Assembly (NCBI GenBank): GCA_964016885.1
Contig: OZ024754.1
Coordinates: forward strand, 41,850,001 to 41,914,000
Reading direction: 5' to 3'
Length of the DNA stretch: 64,000 nt
Source: Eledone cirrhosa
Lineage: Eukaryota
The notes below the pieces were generated by a model. That model ran no database searches. It was not told where the DNA came from and saw only the letters and a program-made list of their open reading frames with translations. A program made the translations under genes and the position numbers. Position 1 is the stretch's first letter. Each line of letters begins with the position of its first letter. Shown here piece after piece: positions 1-14,593 of this stretch.

Positions 1-980
1 CTACCCCAGGGTCTCCTGCCGGTTGGTCTCGGAGTCTACCCCAGGGTCTCCTGCTGGGTCTCCTGCTGGTTGGTCTCGGAGTCTACCCCAGGGTCTCCTG
101 CTGGGTCTCCTGCCGGTTGGTCTCAGAGTCTACCCCAGGGTCTCCTGCCGGTTGGTCTCGGAGTCTACCCCAGGGTCTCCTGCTGGGTCTCCTGCCGGTT
201 GGTCTCGGAGTCTACCCCAGGGTCTCCTGCTGGGTCTCCTGCCGGTTGGTCTCGGAGTCTACCCCAGGGTCTCCTGCTGGGTCTCCTGCCGGTTGGTCTC
301 TGAGTCTACCCCAGGGTCTCCTGCTGGGTCTCCTGCTGGTTGGTCTCGGAGTCTACCCCTGGGTCTCCTGCTGGTTGGTCTCTGAGTCTACCCCAGGGTC
401 TCCTGCTGGGTCTCCTGCTGGGTCCCCTGCCGGTTGGTCTCGGAGTCTACCCCAGGGTCTCCTGCTGGGTCTCCTGCTGGTTGGTCTCTGAGTCTACCCC
501 AGGGTCTCCTGCTGGGTCTCCTGCTGGGTCTCCTGCTGGTTGGTCTCTGAGTCTACCCCAGGGTCTCCTGCTGGGTCTCCTGCCGGTTGGTCTCGGAGTC
601 TACCCCAGGGTCTCCTGCTGGGTCTCCTGCCGGTTGGTCTCGGAGTCTACCCCAGGGTCTCCTGCTGGGTCTCCTGCCGGTTGGTCTCGGAGTCTACCCC
701 AGGGTCTCCTGCTGGGTCTCCTGCCGGTTGGTCTCGGAGTCTACCCCAGGGTCTCCTGCTGGGTCTCCTGCCGGTTGGTCTCGGAGTCTACCCCAGGGTC
801 TCCTGCTGGGTCTCCTGCCGGTTGGTCTTTGAGTCTACCCCAGGGTCTCCTGCTGGGTCTCCTGCCGGTTGGTCTCGGAGTCTACCCCAGGGTCTCCTGC
901 TGGGTCTCCTGCCGGTTGGTCTCGGAGTCTACCCCAGGGTCTCCTGCCGGGTCTACCCCAGGGTCTCCTGCCGGTTGGTT
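1..980. repeat. 47-bp minisatellite (about 21 copies, runs off window start)
   Basis: Unit ggttggtctcggagtctaccccagggtctcctgctgggtctcctgcc. Confidence 0.95.
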
Positions 981-1062
981 TTGCCCATAGAATCTGTCCA
1001 GCGACTTTTTCCTCAGACATTCTAACATGTCCTCCATAGTGTCAGGACTGTGATCTCTCAAT

Positions 1063-1367
1063 TGTGTGTGTGTGTGTAGGTATGGATGTGTGTGTGTGTA
1101 GGTATGGATGTTGTGTGTGTGTGTGTGTAGGTATGGATGTTGTGTGTGTGTAGGTATGGATGTTGTATGTGTGTGTGTGTAGGTATGGATGTTGTATGTG
1201 TGTGTGTGTAGGTATGGATGTTGTGTGTGTGTAGGTATGGATGTTGTATGTGTGTGTGTGTAGGTATGGATGTTATGTGTGTGTGTATGTTTTGAGTTAT
1301 GTGTGTGTATATGCATTTATTACATACAGAAATTTTGGAATATGTTATTTATGTATGTATGTATGTG

Positions 1368-1462
<95 letters not shown>

Positions 1463-1827
1463 GATGTGTGTATTGCATTTAGTCCAGAATTAGCCATCGA
1501 AACGGCTTGAGCTCAGCCGTCGGGGTCCTACTCGTTCCTATGAGGTGTGTGTATATATATATATATATGTTGTATGTATGTATATAAGTATATATATGTG
1601 TGTGTATATATATATATATGTATGTATATATGTGTGTAAATATATATTATTAATTTTGTTGTCGTTATTATTATTGTTATTATTATTATTGTTATTAATA
1701 TATATGTATGTATATATATATATATTTTTTTTTCTCGTGCAATGGCCATACTCGATAACGAGGGGGCTGCCATCATATATATATGTATGTATATGTGTGT
1801 GTATGTGTATATATATATATATATGTG

Positions 1828-1863
<36 letters not shown>

Positions 1864-2347
1864 CCCTAAGGACAGACACTGGTCTGTTGGAGATGCAGGA
1901 CATGGCAGCGATAATGAGGGACAGAGACCGCTGGAGAGAACTCGTCCATGGATCTCGGGAATTTTACCCTCCTTAGATAGATAGAGATATGTATGTAATA
2001 TATATGTAGTATGTGTGTGTATGTATGTATATATATGTAGTATGTATATGTGTATGTATGTATATATATGTAGTATGTATATGTGTGTGTATGTATATAT
2101 ATGTAGTATGTGTATACATATGTATGTATGTAATATATATGTAGTATGTGTATACATATGTATCTAATATATATGTATATGTGTATACATATGTATATAT
2201 ATGTGTATGTATATATATATATATATATCATCATCATCTTCATTTAACGTCCATTTTCCATGCTAGCATGGATTGTATATGTGTATACATAGGTATGTAT
2301 GTATATATATGTGTATGTGTATACATATGTATATATGTATATATATG
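1063..2347. repeat. Microsatellite block (TA/TG/TATG); similar blocks at 9280-9425, 9870-10155, 13950-14330, 14535-14830, 16025-16290, 26315-26615, 47910-48150
   Basis: Simple dinucleotide and trinucleotide runs; the source of most low-complexity ORFs in the track. Confidence 0.9.
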
Positions 2348-3366
2348 AGACAATACTATTAATCCCAACATTAATAGCTGGAATGTCTCGACTGATATAA
2401 ATGAATTTCACTTTTGGTTTCTAAATATGTCATTTAACCTTGTCAACTAATACTTTACTTCAAAGCTGCTTGTCATAGATCTAGATTTTCAAACTAAAAC
2501 CTTATCTAATTCCTCGTTACCATTTAGTCTGACTGACTACAGAAGACAGTTAATTATTTATTATTTTAGTTGGACATAACGAGCTCTAAATATGTGCCCT
2601 GTTCAATTCTCTTGTTCCATTTTTAACGATATTTTAAGGATTTAATTAGTATTTTTGTAATCTAAACAATAGCTGGGTTTTGTTTTGTTCTCACCAAATT
2701 GTTACTAAAAACTAATTAGATTGATTAGACCTTATTATTTCCTAATTAACAGCTATTAATGATATCTTGTATTTTATATATATACATACATACATATATA
2801 TGCATGTATATGTATGTATGTGTGTATATGTATGTATATGTGAATATGTGTATATGTATATATATATGTGTATATGTATATATATATGTGTCTACGTATA
2901 AATGTATATATATATGTATATATATATGTCTGTGTATGTCTGTATATATATTTTTTTACTTCTACCAAACTACAATTTTTTAAAAATCTGATGTAATATT
3001 TAATACATCCACTACAAAAATATAAAATTATCTGAAAGAAAACAAAAACCTTTCTACAAAAGATTCTCCATTAATTCTTGTAAAAAGCCAAATAATTTGA
3101 TAACAAATTTGAACTGAAAATAATAAATACTTGCTTAACTGTGAAGCTATTGATGCTGATAACATTTCTTACAGTAATTATATAAATTAAAAAATAATTA
3201 GTGTTTTAACTTTTGTTTCATATTTTTTTATTATTTTTTTTATTTTACTTTGATATGAAAGTAAATTAATTCATTTTTTTTTTTTTTTTTAATATTTGAT
3301 CTAAATTAATTTTGTTTATATTTATTTCAAGTTTATTTTTTTTATATTTTTGTTCAAATTTTCCAG

Positions 3367-3420
3367 CAAATTAAAGCTGCAGAAAGATATTTGAAAAGAC
3401 TTGAATTCCATTTATCAAAG
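3367..3420 (+). CDS. RIPOR: RIPOR exon ([18 protein letters not shown])
   Basis: ttccag|CAA...AAG|gtaatc; 54 nt, phase 0-0. Confidence 0.92.
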
Positions 3421-3458
3421 GTAATCACTTTTAAATGACAAATTCTTATTAAAGGGAA

Positions 3459-3508
<50 letters not shown>

Positions 3509-4105
3509 CATCATTTAACGTCCATCTTCCGTTCTAGCATGGGTTAGACGGTTTTGTTCCATTTGGTGCGGAAATGGTCAGGAGACCGTGTGTCGCTCGT
3601 ACAGAAGTGTCTCTGGCAGGTTTTTTACAGCTGGATGCACTTCTTAACACCAACCACATTTACAGTGTGGACTGGGTGCTTTTTGTTGTGTCATCGACAC
3701 AGTGGATGGAAATGGGGGGATGGGGTAGGATGTGTGGGGTGGGTGTATATTGAGTTAAGAGGTGCCTACCGACTGTAGGTTTGTATGCAAGGGAAGTTGG
3801 GTCTTCTGTACAACTGCATGGCGCCAAAGATCTTGATCCAGTGACATTGTCTTAGAGGGGTGTACGCGTGCAAGGTCAGTTTTTATCACGTCGTCCCAGG
3901 TTTTTCTTGGTCTACCAACTCCGTAGCTTCCATCAATTTTCATTGCCCTGCACTTATATATATAAAAAAAAACAGAAGTCAGGTGTTTTACAATCGCTTC
4001 AGAGGGTCGATCGATGTATTGACTAACATGGTAGTGGTTAAGTTACTATCCATTTCTAGTCTCAAAAACCCTTTTCAATCAGCCATCCTCCTCAGAAACA
4101 CCAAC

Positions 4106-4156
<51 letters not shown>

Positions 4157-7100
4157 TCTAGTCAATGAAAAAAGAGTTAGTTGATTTGTAATCAACTAAT
4201 TCTTATATATAACAGATGCCAAGCACTCAACGGTATAAATTTATCCAGAGTATTATTATAGTAATAAACAAAAGATATACCATATTTCCCAGCATCGAAG
4301 AAGCTACTTTCTTCCTAAAATGTCTTAAAAACCTGCCATGGGTCCTGGAGGCCGAAGGTTGTTTATTATTTTTTTTCAAATTTTTGGTTGTCAAAATTAG
4401 GGTGTGTCCTCCAGGACAAAGCGTCTTCGGCGCTGGGAAATACGGTACTTTATATCATCTCCATTTATTTTATTATATATATTTCGAAGATGCAAAGTGT
4501 TATGCACAACATAAAGCAAAACATGTCCTCTTCAGACAAAATACATACGAGATGTATAATTTTTCCATGATATATTCTGGTAGACAAATGAGCTGGACAC
4601 ATCGGTGTCCACCAAGCATATGCTGACCATGTACCTAAATTGGTAAATCAAAGCTGTCTTTCTTCTTTGGGAAGTTGATTGTATAGGCACCAATAATACA
4701 CTGGTGTTAAATCAATTCACTGTGTTCCTCTTTCTTACAAAATTATTTCCTGCTTAAAAAAAATCCCCTTAAAAAATCAATATCACTGACTGTCTCTAAT
4801 CCTTTCTCTGCTAATTTTCCAGATTGATGAGTTACAAGATTGCTACATTGTTAACCAACAACTTCGTGAAGGTAATCTAATTCTCAGCATTTTGTTTAGT
4901 TTTTCCCTTTGTATTCTTTAACATCGTTCTACCGAAATAGAAATTAATAATGTCTTGAATAAAGGACGACTTATTCTGAGTCTTTTATTTCTTGTATCAC
5001 AAAAGTCTATTCTGGATTTATTATAACTGTCTGCCTCTCATGGAAGAGATAATGTGTTTATAATATTTCTGGTGGTGGCTTCATAGGAGAAATAATTTGA
5101 ATGTCTTGGAGAATATATAGATAGCTTTTGTGTATGTTATTGCAATTTCAATTAGAGTGACTGTTGTTGAGTACTGTCTGTCTGTATTCATCATCATCAT
5201 CGATTTACGTCAATGTCTCCACACTAGCATGGGTTAGACGGGTTGTCCTGTTGTGGGCAATGCCAGGTCAGGTGACTGTGTCTTGCTCATACAGGACTGA
5301 TTCTGGCTCGGTTGCTACAGCTGGATGCCCTTCCTAACATCAACCTCATTTACAGTGAGTACTGGGTGCTTTTTTACCGTGGCACCTACACAACCACTTT
5401 TCAGTGTGGACTGGGTGGTTTTTGTCGTGCCACCTCCATGACCACTTTACAGTGGGGGGGGGGGGGGGGGGGGGCATGTGTATTGTCTGAATATATGGTG
5501 AGGGATAGGCAGGATTGGTAGAGCATTGGATAAGATGCATTAAAATATCTATTTTGGCTTTTTACATTCTGTGTTCAAATCCCACCAAGGTCGACTTTGC
5601 TTTTCATCGTTTCAAGGTTGATAAAATAAGATACCAGTAAAATTATTGAGGTTTGATATAATCGACCACATGCCCATCGTGTCAGAGCTGTGATCTCTCA
5701 ATTTGGAAAAGTAGCGGCTCTATCTGGAGTGACTCTCTAATCTCTGAGCTACGCATTTATCGAGTAACATTACTCCAACAACCCTTTGGAGGGACCCCAT
5801 TTCGACCACTTACAACTGGATTTGCTCATCTTTCCTCCAGTTAAATTAGGATTTTTGAAGTAAAATAAAATGTAATACTTTATAATAATGTTTTGACTTT
5901 TAATCTTCTTATTATTCAACAGGGGCACGTAACATGGCCCGAGCATATGCAAACACACCTGGCTATAAGAAAGGTTCGTTAACCAGTGTGAAATATGGTT
6001 TTAAGGAATGCTCTCAGGTAATATTTATCAACCAATTTCTTATTCTTTTGTTTCTCAATATAAACTTTTCATTTCTTTCCTGGTTTTCTATAAAAGACAA
6101 TTCTACATGTTCAAAAGAAAGGGGACTTTTACGTAGTAATGGTTTTTAAGACTTTCCTTACCATATTTCTCATTATTCATCTGGTGGTTGGAACATAACT
6201 TAACAAAGGTCCTTACATAAAATTATGATGAAAGTGATATATGTTAGAAGGCTAAAACAATGCGAAATGGACTGCAAGATGAAGGTAACAAAAAAGTTAG
6301 TTACCTGGTAATCTTTGTATTTTGTCCTAATATTTTGGGACTTAAAATTCCCTTGATATAAGTTTTTCTATAATGTAAACGGAGTACCATTCTTGTTTAT
6401 TGTTTGACTACAAAACTGAAGAATCCTACAAACATTGAAGCCAGTGGAATAGTAGGGATTGCATCATTGCCTTTGTAATATATTCTAATCTAAGGAGCTA
6501 TTTGTACAAATATTTGAGAACATACTTGAGGTTGCCAACAGCAACAACATTGAAAGTGTTGATCTTATTGGTCACTGGGCTATAGGAAAGTGTTGATCCT
6601 ATTGGTCACTGGGCTATAGGAAAGTGTTGATCCTATTGGTCACTGGGCTATAGGAAAGTGTTGATCCTATTGGTCACTGGGCTATAGGAAAGTGTTGATC
6701 CTATTGGTCACTGGGCTATAGGAAAGTGTTGATCCTATTGGTCACTGGGCTATAGACAAGTGTTGATCCTATTGGTGACTGGGCTATAGGAAAGTGTTGA
6801 TCCTATTGGTTACTGGGCTATAGGAAAGTGTTGATCCTATTGGTGACTGGGCTATAGGAAAGTGTTGATCCTATTGGTCACTGGGCTATAGACAAGTGTT
6901 GATCCTATTGGTGACTGGGCTATAGGAAAGTGTTGATCCTATTGGTTACTGGGCTATAGGAAAGTGTTGATCCTATTGGTCACTGGGCTATAGGAAAGTG
7001 TTGATCCTATTGGTGACTGGGCTATAGGAAAGTGTTGATCCTATTGGTCACTGGGCTATAGGAAAGTGTTGATCCTATTGGTCACTGGGCTATAGGAAAG

Positions 7101-10100
7101 TGTTGATCCTATTGGTCACTGGGCTATAGGAAAGTGTTGATCCTATTGGTCACTGGGCTATAGGAAAGTGTTGATCCTATTGGTGACTGGGCTATAGGAA
7201 AGTGTTGATCCTATTGGTCACTGGGCTATAGGAAAGTGTTGATCCTATTGGTCACTGGGCTATAGGAAAGTGTTGATCCTATTGGTGACTGGACTATAGG
7301 AAAGTGTTGATCCTATTGGTTACTGGGCTATAGGAAAGTGTTGATCCTATTGGTCACTGGGCTATAGGAAAGTGTTGATCCTATTGGTCACTGGGCTATA
7401 GGAAAGTGTTGATCCTATTGGTCACTGGGCTATAGGAAAGTGTTGATCCTATTGGTGACTGGGCTATAGGAAAGTGTTGATCCTATTGGTCACTGGGCTA
7501 TAGGAAAGTGTTGATCCTATTGGTGACTGGGCTATAGGAAAGTGTTGATCCTATTGGTCACTGGGCTATAGGAAAGTGTTGATCCTATTGGTCACTGGGC
7601 TATAGGAAAGTGTTGATCCTATTGGTCACTGGGCTATAGGAAAGTGTTGATCCTATTGGTGACTGGGCTATAGGAAAGTGTTGATCCTATTGGTCACTGG
7701 GCTATAGGAAAATGTTGATCCTATTGGTGACTGGGCTATAGGAAAGTGTTGATCCTATTGGTCACTGGGCTATAGGAAAGTGTTGATCCTATTGGTCACT
7801 GGGCTATAGGAAAGTGTTGATCCTATTGGTGACTGGGCTATAGGAAAGTGTTGATCCTATTGGTGACTGGGCTATAGGAAAGTGTTGATCCTATTGGTCA
7901 CTGGGCTATAGGAAAGTGTTGATCCTATTGGTTACTGGGCTATAGGAAAGTGTTGATCCTATTGGTCACTGGGCTATAGACAATTAGAGTTTTGTTGTCT
8001 TGTAGAAAATTTTAAAATAACATTTCAAGTCATCAGAACTTCAACTGGAGAAGTAGAAGCCATAGATTCAAAATATTTGTAAGTTTATTTGAAAATAATG
8101 TTGAGGTTGTGATGAGTTAGCCAGTGTACCTTTGAACCCAGCTACTTCAAACTTTCAAGTGTATCAACTTGATGACCAATGACCTCCTTTCTGTCTTCCT
8201 ATGTCATGGTGTTGAGGTTCAGGAGGTTCCGTTGTTGTTGTCTTACTGTCATTGACTTGTAGTCTTAATTAACATACAGTAGTCTTCAGATGAACAGAAT
8301 GATATGCAGGCTTGTCCATGAAGCTGTTGAGAAATATTTTGTTTGTGAGATTCACAGCAGACAAGCAATACTCATCAAAACCTTATTGCTGAAAAAGAAT
8401 TATTTATTCTATTTACCAATTTAACCAATTATTAAATAAGCTATTTATATATTATCTCTTTCCAGACAATGTGTGCTATTGAAGCTCAACTAGAAAGTAT
8501 GATGGGAACTTTTCATTGTAAATTAAAAGGTATATTTTTTTAATGTTTTTTAAAGAATTGTTTTTTTATGAAAAAAAAAATCAAAAACTATTTGTCTGCT
8601 GTGAAAAGAAATGTCAAGATTTCTTTGTTCTGCTTGAAGTTTAAGTGTTCTAGACATAATAGTAAATGAAAGAGTTAGTGGCAGAAGATAATTTTTGCTG
8701 CTTTGAACAACAGTGATCCCCACTATATGTGTGTGTGACAGCTCACACCTATGCAGGTTTAGCTGGCCTCCTCCAAGGTATATATCGCTGGAGGTGTCTT
8801 GGGTAATTTAATGATAGGGACCCCAGTCCTATCATCTCATTTCTACAGCTGAGTAAACTGGAGCAACGTGAAATAAAGTGTCTTGCTCAAGGAAACAACA
8901 CATCACCCGGTCTGAGAATTGAACTCGCAACCTTTCGATTGCAAGCCCAATGCTCTAACCATTAAGTCATGTGCCTTCACAATGTAATATACTGTATGTA
9001 ATATACTGTAGTTCAGTTGAACACCTGAGATGGTTGGCTGTGTTCAAGCCTGGGTTGTATGTTATGTTCTTGAGCAAAACACTTCATTTCACATTGCTTC
9101 AGTACATTCAGCTGAGAGTGAATACCAGCTGTAGCTGGGGGGTTAAACCTGTGATAGACCTGGCTGCCAAAGAAACCGGGGATAAGCATCAGCTTGATAA
9201 GCCTTCGGCTTAGAACAGACTTTAACTCGTTAAACAAAGCAGGACTACAGCCATCTTACGAGAAGTATTAACTGTTCTTTCTCTCTCCCTCTCTCTCTCC
9301 CTCTCCCTCTCTCCCTCTCCCTCTCTCTCTCCCCTCTCTCTCCCCTCTCTCCCCCCCTCTCTCTCTCCCTCTCTCTCCCCCTCTCTCTCTCCCCCTCTCC
9401 CCCCCCCCCTCTCTCTCTCTCTCTCGGAAACGTACTGGATGAAAGAGAAAATTTGACATTGTCAAAACATCACAGAAGTCTAAATTTCCTCTTTATTTCT
9501 GAAAAGTTTGGCAGCTCTTTATATTTTTATGAAGATTGTTTCACCTTAAGTTGTTGGTTGTGGTTTTAGGTATTTATCAACTTGGCTGTCGGGGGAGAGA
9601 GAGAGACTGTGGGTGTGTGTGAGAGAGAGACTGTGGGTGTGTGAGAGAGTGAGAGAGAGACTGTGGGTGTGTGAGAGAGAGAGAGAGAGACTGTGTGTGT
9701 GTGTGAGAGAGAGAGAGAGACTGTGTGTGTATGTTTCATACGTTTGTTACTCAGTTTTAGATCAATAGTCTGTCTGAGAGTTTTGTCAAATATCAGAAAC
9801 AGAATTCATTAAGAAGTGTCAAGATATGGTTTCATTTTCTTTCATCTGATAAATGCCATTTTTTAATGGACTTCTTCTTTCTTTTTCTTCTTTTTCTTTT
9901 TCTTCCTTTTCTTTGCTTTCTTCTTCTTTCTTCTTTCTTTTCTTCTGCTTCTTCCTTTTCTTCTTCCCTTCTCTGCCCCCTCCTTCTCTGCAGCCTTCTT
10001 TCTTTTTCTTTTTTTTCTTTTTACTTTTTTCTTTTTTTCTCTTTTTTCTTTTTTTCTTTTTTCTTTTTTCTTTTTTTTTCTTTTTTTCTTTTTTTCTTTT

Positions 10101-13100
10101 TTTCTTTTTTCTTTTCCTTTTCTTCTTTTTCTTCATTTTCTCCTCCTCCTCCTCCTTGACAACAGCCACCACCCATACCTACCTGTTGACTTTCCTGTGA
10201 CTACTCAATCAATATTTTTTTTACTGCTTTCCATTCTTCTTTTGGAATATTATTCATTATTCATGACATTTTCCTCAAGTCTGTTAAATCTTCCTGAGGT
10301 AAACTTCTCATCAGACCATCCTCACCTCATCCACATCTCTTCCTCATCTCTACCACATCTCTTCCTCATCTCTACCACATCTCTTCCTCATCTCTACCAC
10401 ATCTCTTCCTCATCTCTACCACATCTCTTCCTCACCTCTACCACATCTCTTCCTCACCTCTATCACATCTCTTCCTCACCTCTATCACATCTCTTCCTCA
10501 CCTCATCCACATCTCTTTCTCACCTCATCCACATCTCTTCCTCACCTCTACCACATCCCATCTTCACCTCTACCACATCCCATCTTCACCTCTACCACAT
10601 CCCGTCTTCACCTCTACCACATCCCGTCTTCACCTCTACCACATCCCATCTTCACCTCATCCACATCCCATCCTCATCTCTTCCACACGTGGGCATGCCA
10701 ACAAAGTCAGAAAACAACACAGCTCCCATGACTTTCGGAAACATTTCTTTACGCTCAGAGCTGCTGAAGCATGGAACATCAGTTGTTAGCTGCCGAGACA
10801 CTGCATCCTTTAAAACCTCCATGGAACAAACTACCTGCATCAGTTGTTAGCTGTCGAGACACTGCATCCTTTAAAACCTTCATGGAACAAACTACCTGCA
10901 TCAGTTGTTAGCTGCCGAGACACTGCATCCTTTAAAACCTCCATGGAACAAACTACCTGCATCAGTTGTTAGCTGCCGAGACACTGCATCCTTTAAAACC
11001 TCCATGGAACAAACTACCTGCATCAGTTGTTAACTGCCGAGACACTGCATCCTTTAAAACCTCCATGGAACAAACTACCTGCATCAGTTGTTAGCTGCCG
11101 AGACACTGCATCCTTTAAAACCTCCATGGAACAAACTACCTGCATCAGTTGTTAGCTGCCGAGACACTGCATCCTTTAAAACCTCCATGGAACAAACTAC
11201 CTGCATCAGTTGTTAGCTGCCGAGACACTGCATCCTTTAAAACCTTCCATGCTTCCTGAGATTCGCCAACACTATACCTAATATCCCCCTCCATACACAC
11301 ACACACACATGCATCATCATCATTTAAAGTCTATCTTCCATGCTAGCATGGGTTTAGAGACTAATACACTGTCCACTTTCTTGACATTTGTACATTATTC
11401 TATGTACTATACATGCACCTTTGATGAGTTGTAGTGCACCTGAGCACTGTACACAATTTCATTGTCATTATTATTATTACCTCATCCACGTCTCTTACTC
11501 GTCTCACCCACATCTCACCCTCATCTCACCCTCATCTTGTTCTATTTCATCATTTTCCATCTTAAATTGATTTTGGTTATTTCTGAATTCATTTGAATAA
11601 TTTTATTTGAGCAATTTTGGTAGTGTGTGTGTGTAACTGTATCTGTGTGTGTATTTGAGTCTGTGTGTGTGTATCTGTATCAGTGTGTGTCTGTATCAGT
11701 GTATGTGTGTCTGAGTGTATCTCTGTGTGTGTGAGTGTATCTCTGTGTGTGTGTGTGCCTGAGTGTGTCTGTATCTATGTATGTATGTGTGTGCGCGTGC
11801 ACGTGCATTTTGTCGTTATTTTTGTCTTTCAGTAAAATCCATTGACAGAAATAAGTGATTGTGAGAATTTAGAAATGTCTTTGGAGGCACCGATCTTTAA
11901 ACCTTGTTAAGATGGCTTTTAATGCCACACAGACGTATGTTGTTGATTGATCTTAATAAAGGAATTGGTAAAAGCTAGATTAGTTTTCTGGCTGTATTGA
12001 GAAAGGTGGGGGGAGGGATGGAGTGTGAGGCTAGCAAACTCTTATTTCCATTAATGATAATTGTTACAGAAATAACGAACTCTGACCTGGGAGCAACGAC
12101 GACAACAACAAGAAGAATTATTATTATTTTAAACTAAGATTGCTATTCTAGGAGGTTATTTCTAGATTATCAGAAAAGATTAAGGATTGTAAACTGAAAG
12201 GATGAAATAAGATGTTGTGTGTAACTAATAACAACTGAGAAAAATAAACACTAAAATGATGTTTGGTCTTAGATTCATATTTGAATGCCTTAAAAACAAA
12301 TCTGTAAACCTGTATTGTATGCCTCTACACCTGTTTACCTATATACCTGTATACCTGTACACCTGACTCATTTGATTGAGGTCAACACTGCCATCAATGC
12401 AGTGGTCATTGTTTTCACCTGGCATTCTGACAGCTGATTGATCTTCTGTTATTGCTATCATCTGCTCTCCCTCTCCCCCCCCCCCTCTCTCTCTCCCCCT
12501 CTCTCCCTCTCTCTCTCCTCCCCCTCTCTCCCCCTCTCTCCCCCTCTCTCCCTCTCTCTCTCTCTCTACATATATATACACACACACACACACACAAGCT
12601 TCAAAATGTCTATGCAAAAAGTACAATCATATGCAGGGATTTTGATCTCAATGCACCTGTACGTTCTTGTCCTAATGTAGCATAACATGTTCTAACATGA
12701 ACCCTTAAATACATGTTGCAATGTGGCACCGCCAGTCGGAAGTCAGCACCCGCTGAAGTAACATGGCCTCCATCAAATTTATGGGAGATAACAGATAATA
12801 CTTGCGGTAGATAGTTAATGAGACTTGCGGTAGAGTAGATAATAAATGATACTTGTGGTAGATCTGGTAGTAAATCATTGATAAAGTTTATCTTTTGAAA
12901 CTTGAGGTTTTAAAGAAGTTATTTAAACAAAGGAAATAATATATGAATGGGGAGAAATAGTTGTAGAGCTGATAACTGAGGGACTGTTAAGAGTTGTAGA
13001 GCTGATAACTGAGGGACTGTTAAGAATAATGAAAATAAAACAGAATAGTGACTGGTGGTGGTAGCCAACTAATGTATATACTCTAATATAATCTGGCCCC

Positions 13101-14537
13101 ACCATGTTATGTCTGGTAAATGGGCAAAAATTCAAAACTTATTTAATTAGAATTGTAAGTTTGGGGGGAAATCATCAAAATATTAATCCCGAATATAAGC
13201 CAGCGCTCCTACCCTCTCTCCTTCTACCATTGATTTTTTTTTCTGGGATCATATACTCGTCAGCTTATATTTGTGTGGGGTTGGTGTTAGGAAGGGCATC
13301 CAGCTGTAAAATACCTGCCCAAATTTATAGTCCTCGCCGGAGCAAGATGCAAGATGGCCAACCGTGGCCAGACTTACCTCCTGGCGTGGACGACCTGTCT
13401 AACCCATACAAGCGTGGACGACCTGTCTAACCCATACAAGCGTGGACGACCTGTCTAACCCATACAAGCATGGAAGAATTGACGCTAAACGGAAATTATG
13501 AATGATGATATCATACAATTGCCTGTACGCCAACCTCAGATGCGCAGCCCAGCTTCTCAATTGGTTGGGTCAGGTTCTGAAAAAGGAGTTCTGAAGAGCT
13601 TCCAAATTAAGAAGAGGCCAACAATAACATGATAGTTGTCAGCCATCGTGGCTAAAATAATGATTTCCTTTACCTCTGTTTTACATGTTTTTACTGCTTT
13701 CCTTTCATTGATAAATAATGAACTAATTTCTCCTATGTTTGTGTCTTCTACAGGAATGGCTGGTTTCGCACGCCTCTGTGCCGGAGATGTATTCGAAGTT
13801 ACTATGCGTTATGGTACTCAGAAATGGAAAGCAAAAGGCAGGATTGAGAAAGATGGTTCCCAGCGATGGGACCTTCCAGATTTTGTTTTCAAGACCTTGG
13901 TTGGAGATATCATTAGCTTAAAAGTAAGTATATCTCTGGTGTGTGATATATGTGGTGTGGTGTGGTGTGTGTGTGATGTGGTGTGGTGTGTGTGGTGTGG
14001 TGTGTGGTGTGGTGTGTGTGGTGTGGTGTGTGTGGTGTGGTGTGTGTGATGTGATGTGGTGTGTGTGGTGTGTGTGATGTGGTGTGGTGTGGTGTGGTGT
14101 GTGGTGTGTGTGGTGTGGTGTGATGTGGTGTGGTGTATGTGATGTGGTGTATGTGATGTGGTGTATGTGATGTGGTGTATGTGATGTGGTGTGGTGTATG
14201 TGATGTGGTGTGGTGTGGTGTGGTGTGGTGTGTGTGGTGTGGTGTGGTGTGTGTGATGTGGTGTGTGTGATGTGTGTGGTGTGGTGTATGTGATGTGTGT
14301 GATGTTGTGTGGTGTGTGATGTGTGGTGTGATATATGCGTATCTGATGTATGTGTGTGTGGTGTCATATATCAAGTACACACATGATATTTCATTATATT
14401 CTCATAATTCCACAAATATGCAAATTCAGAAATGTTCTAATTTACATATGGATTTTCTAATTTCAACTTATTAAAAGTAATTATTTTTATTACAATAATG
14501 TCAATGCTTTATTTTATTGTTCCATTCTATTCTATAT

Positions 14538-14593
<56 letters not shown>

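Noticed and set aside
23-1025. Overlapping repetitive ORFs (MVSESTPGSPAG...)
   Set aside because: They are translations of the 47-bp array, which cycles through all frames; there is no splice context or homology.
6552-7981. Regular 34-bp repeats resembling a CRISPR array (also 48611-52084)
   Set aside because: Units are contiguous with no unique spacers, there are no cas genes, and the context is a eukaryotic intron.
12606-12680. [11 protein letters not shown], loosely like the RIPOR N-terminal RSQSFAG motif
   Set aside because: It lies inside an internal intron, hits a stop after 24 codons and has no in-phase donor; likely chance.
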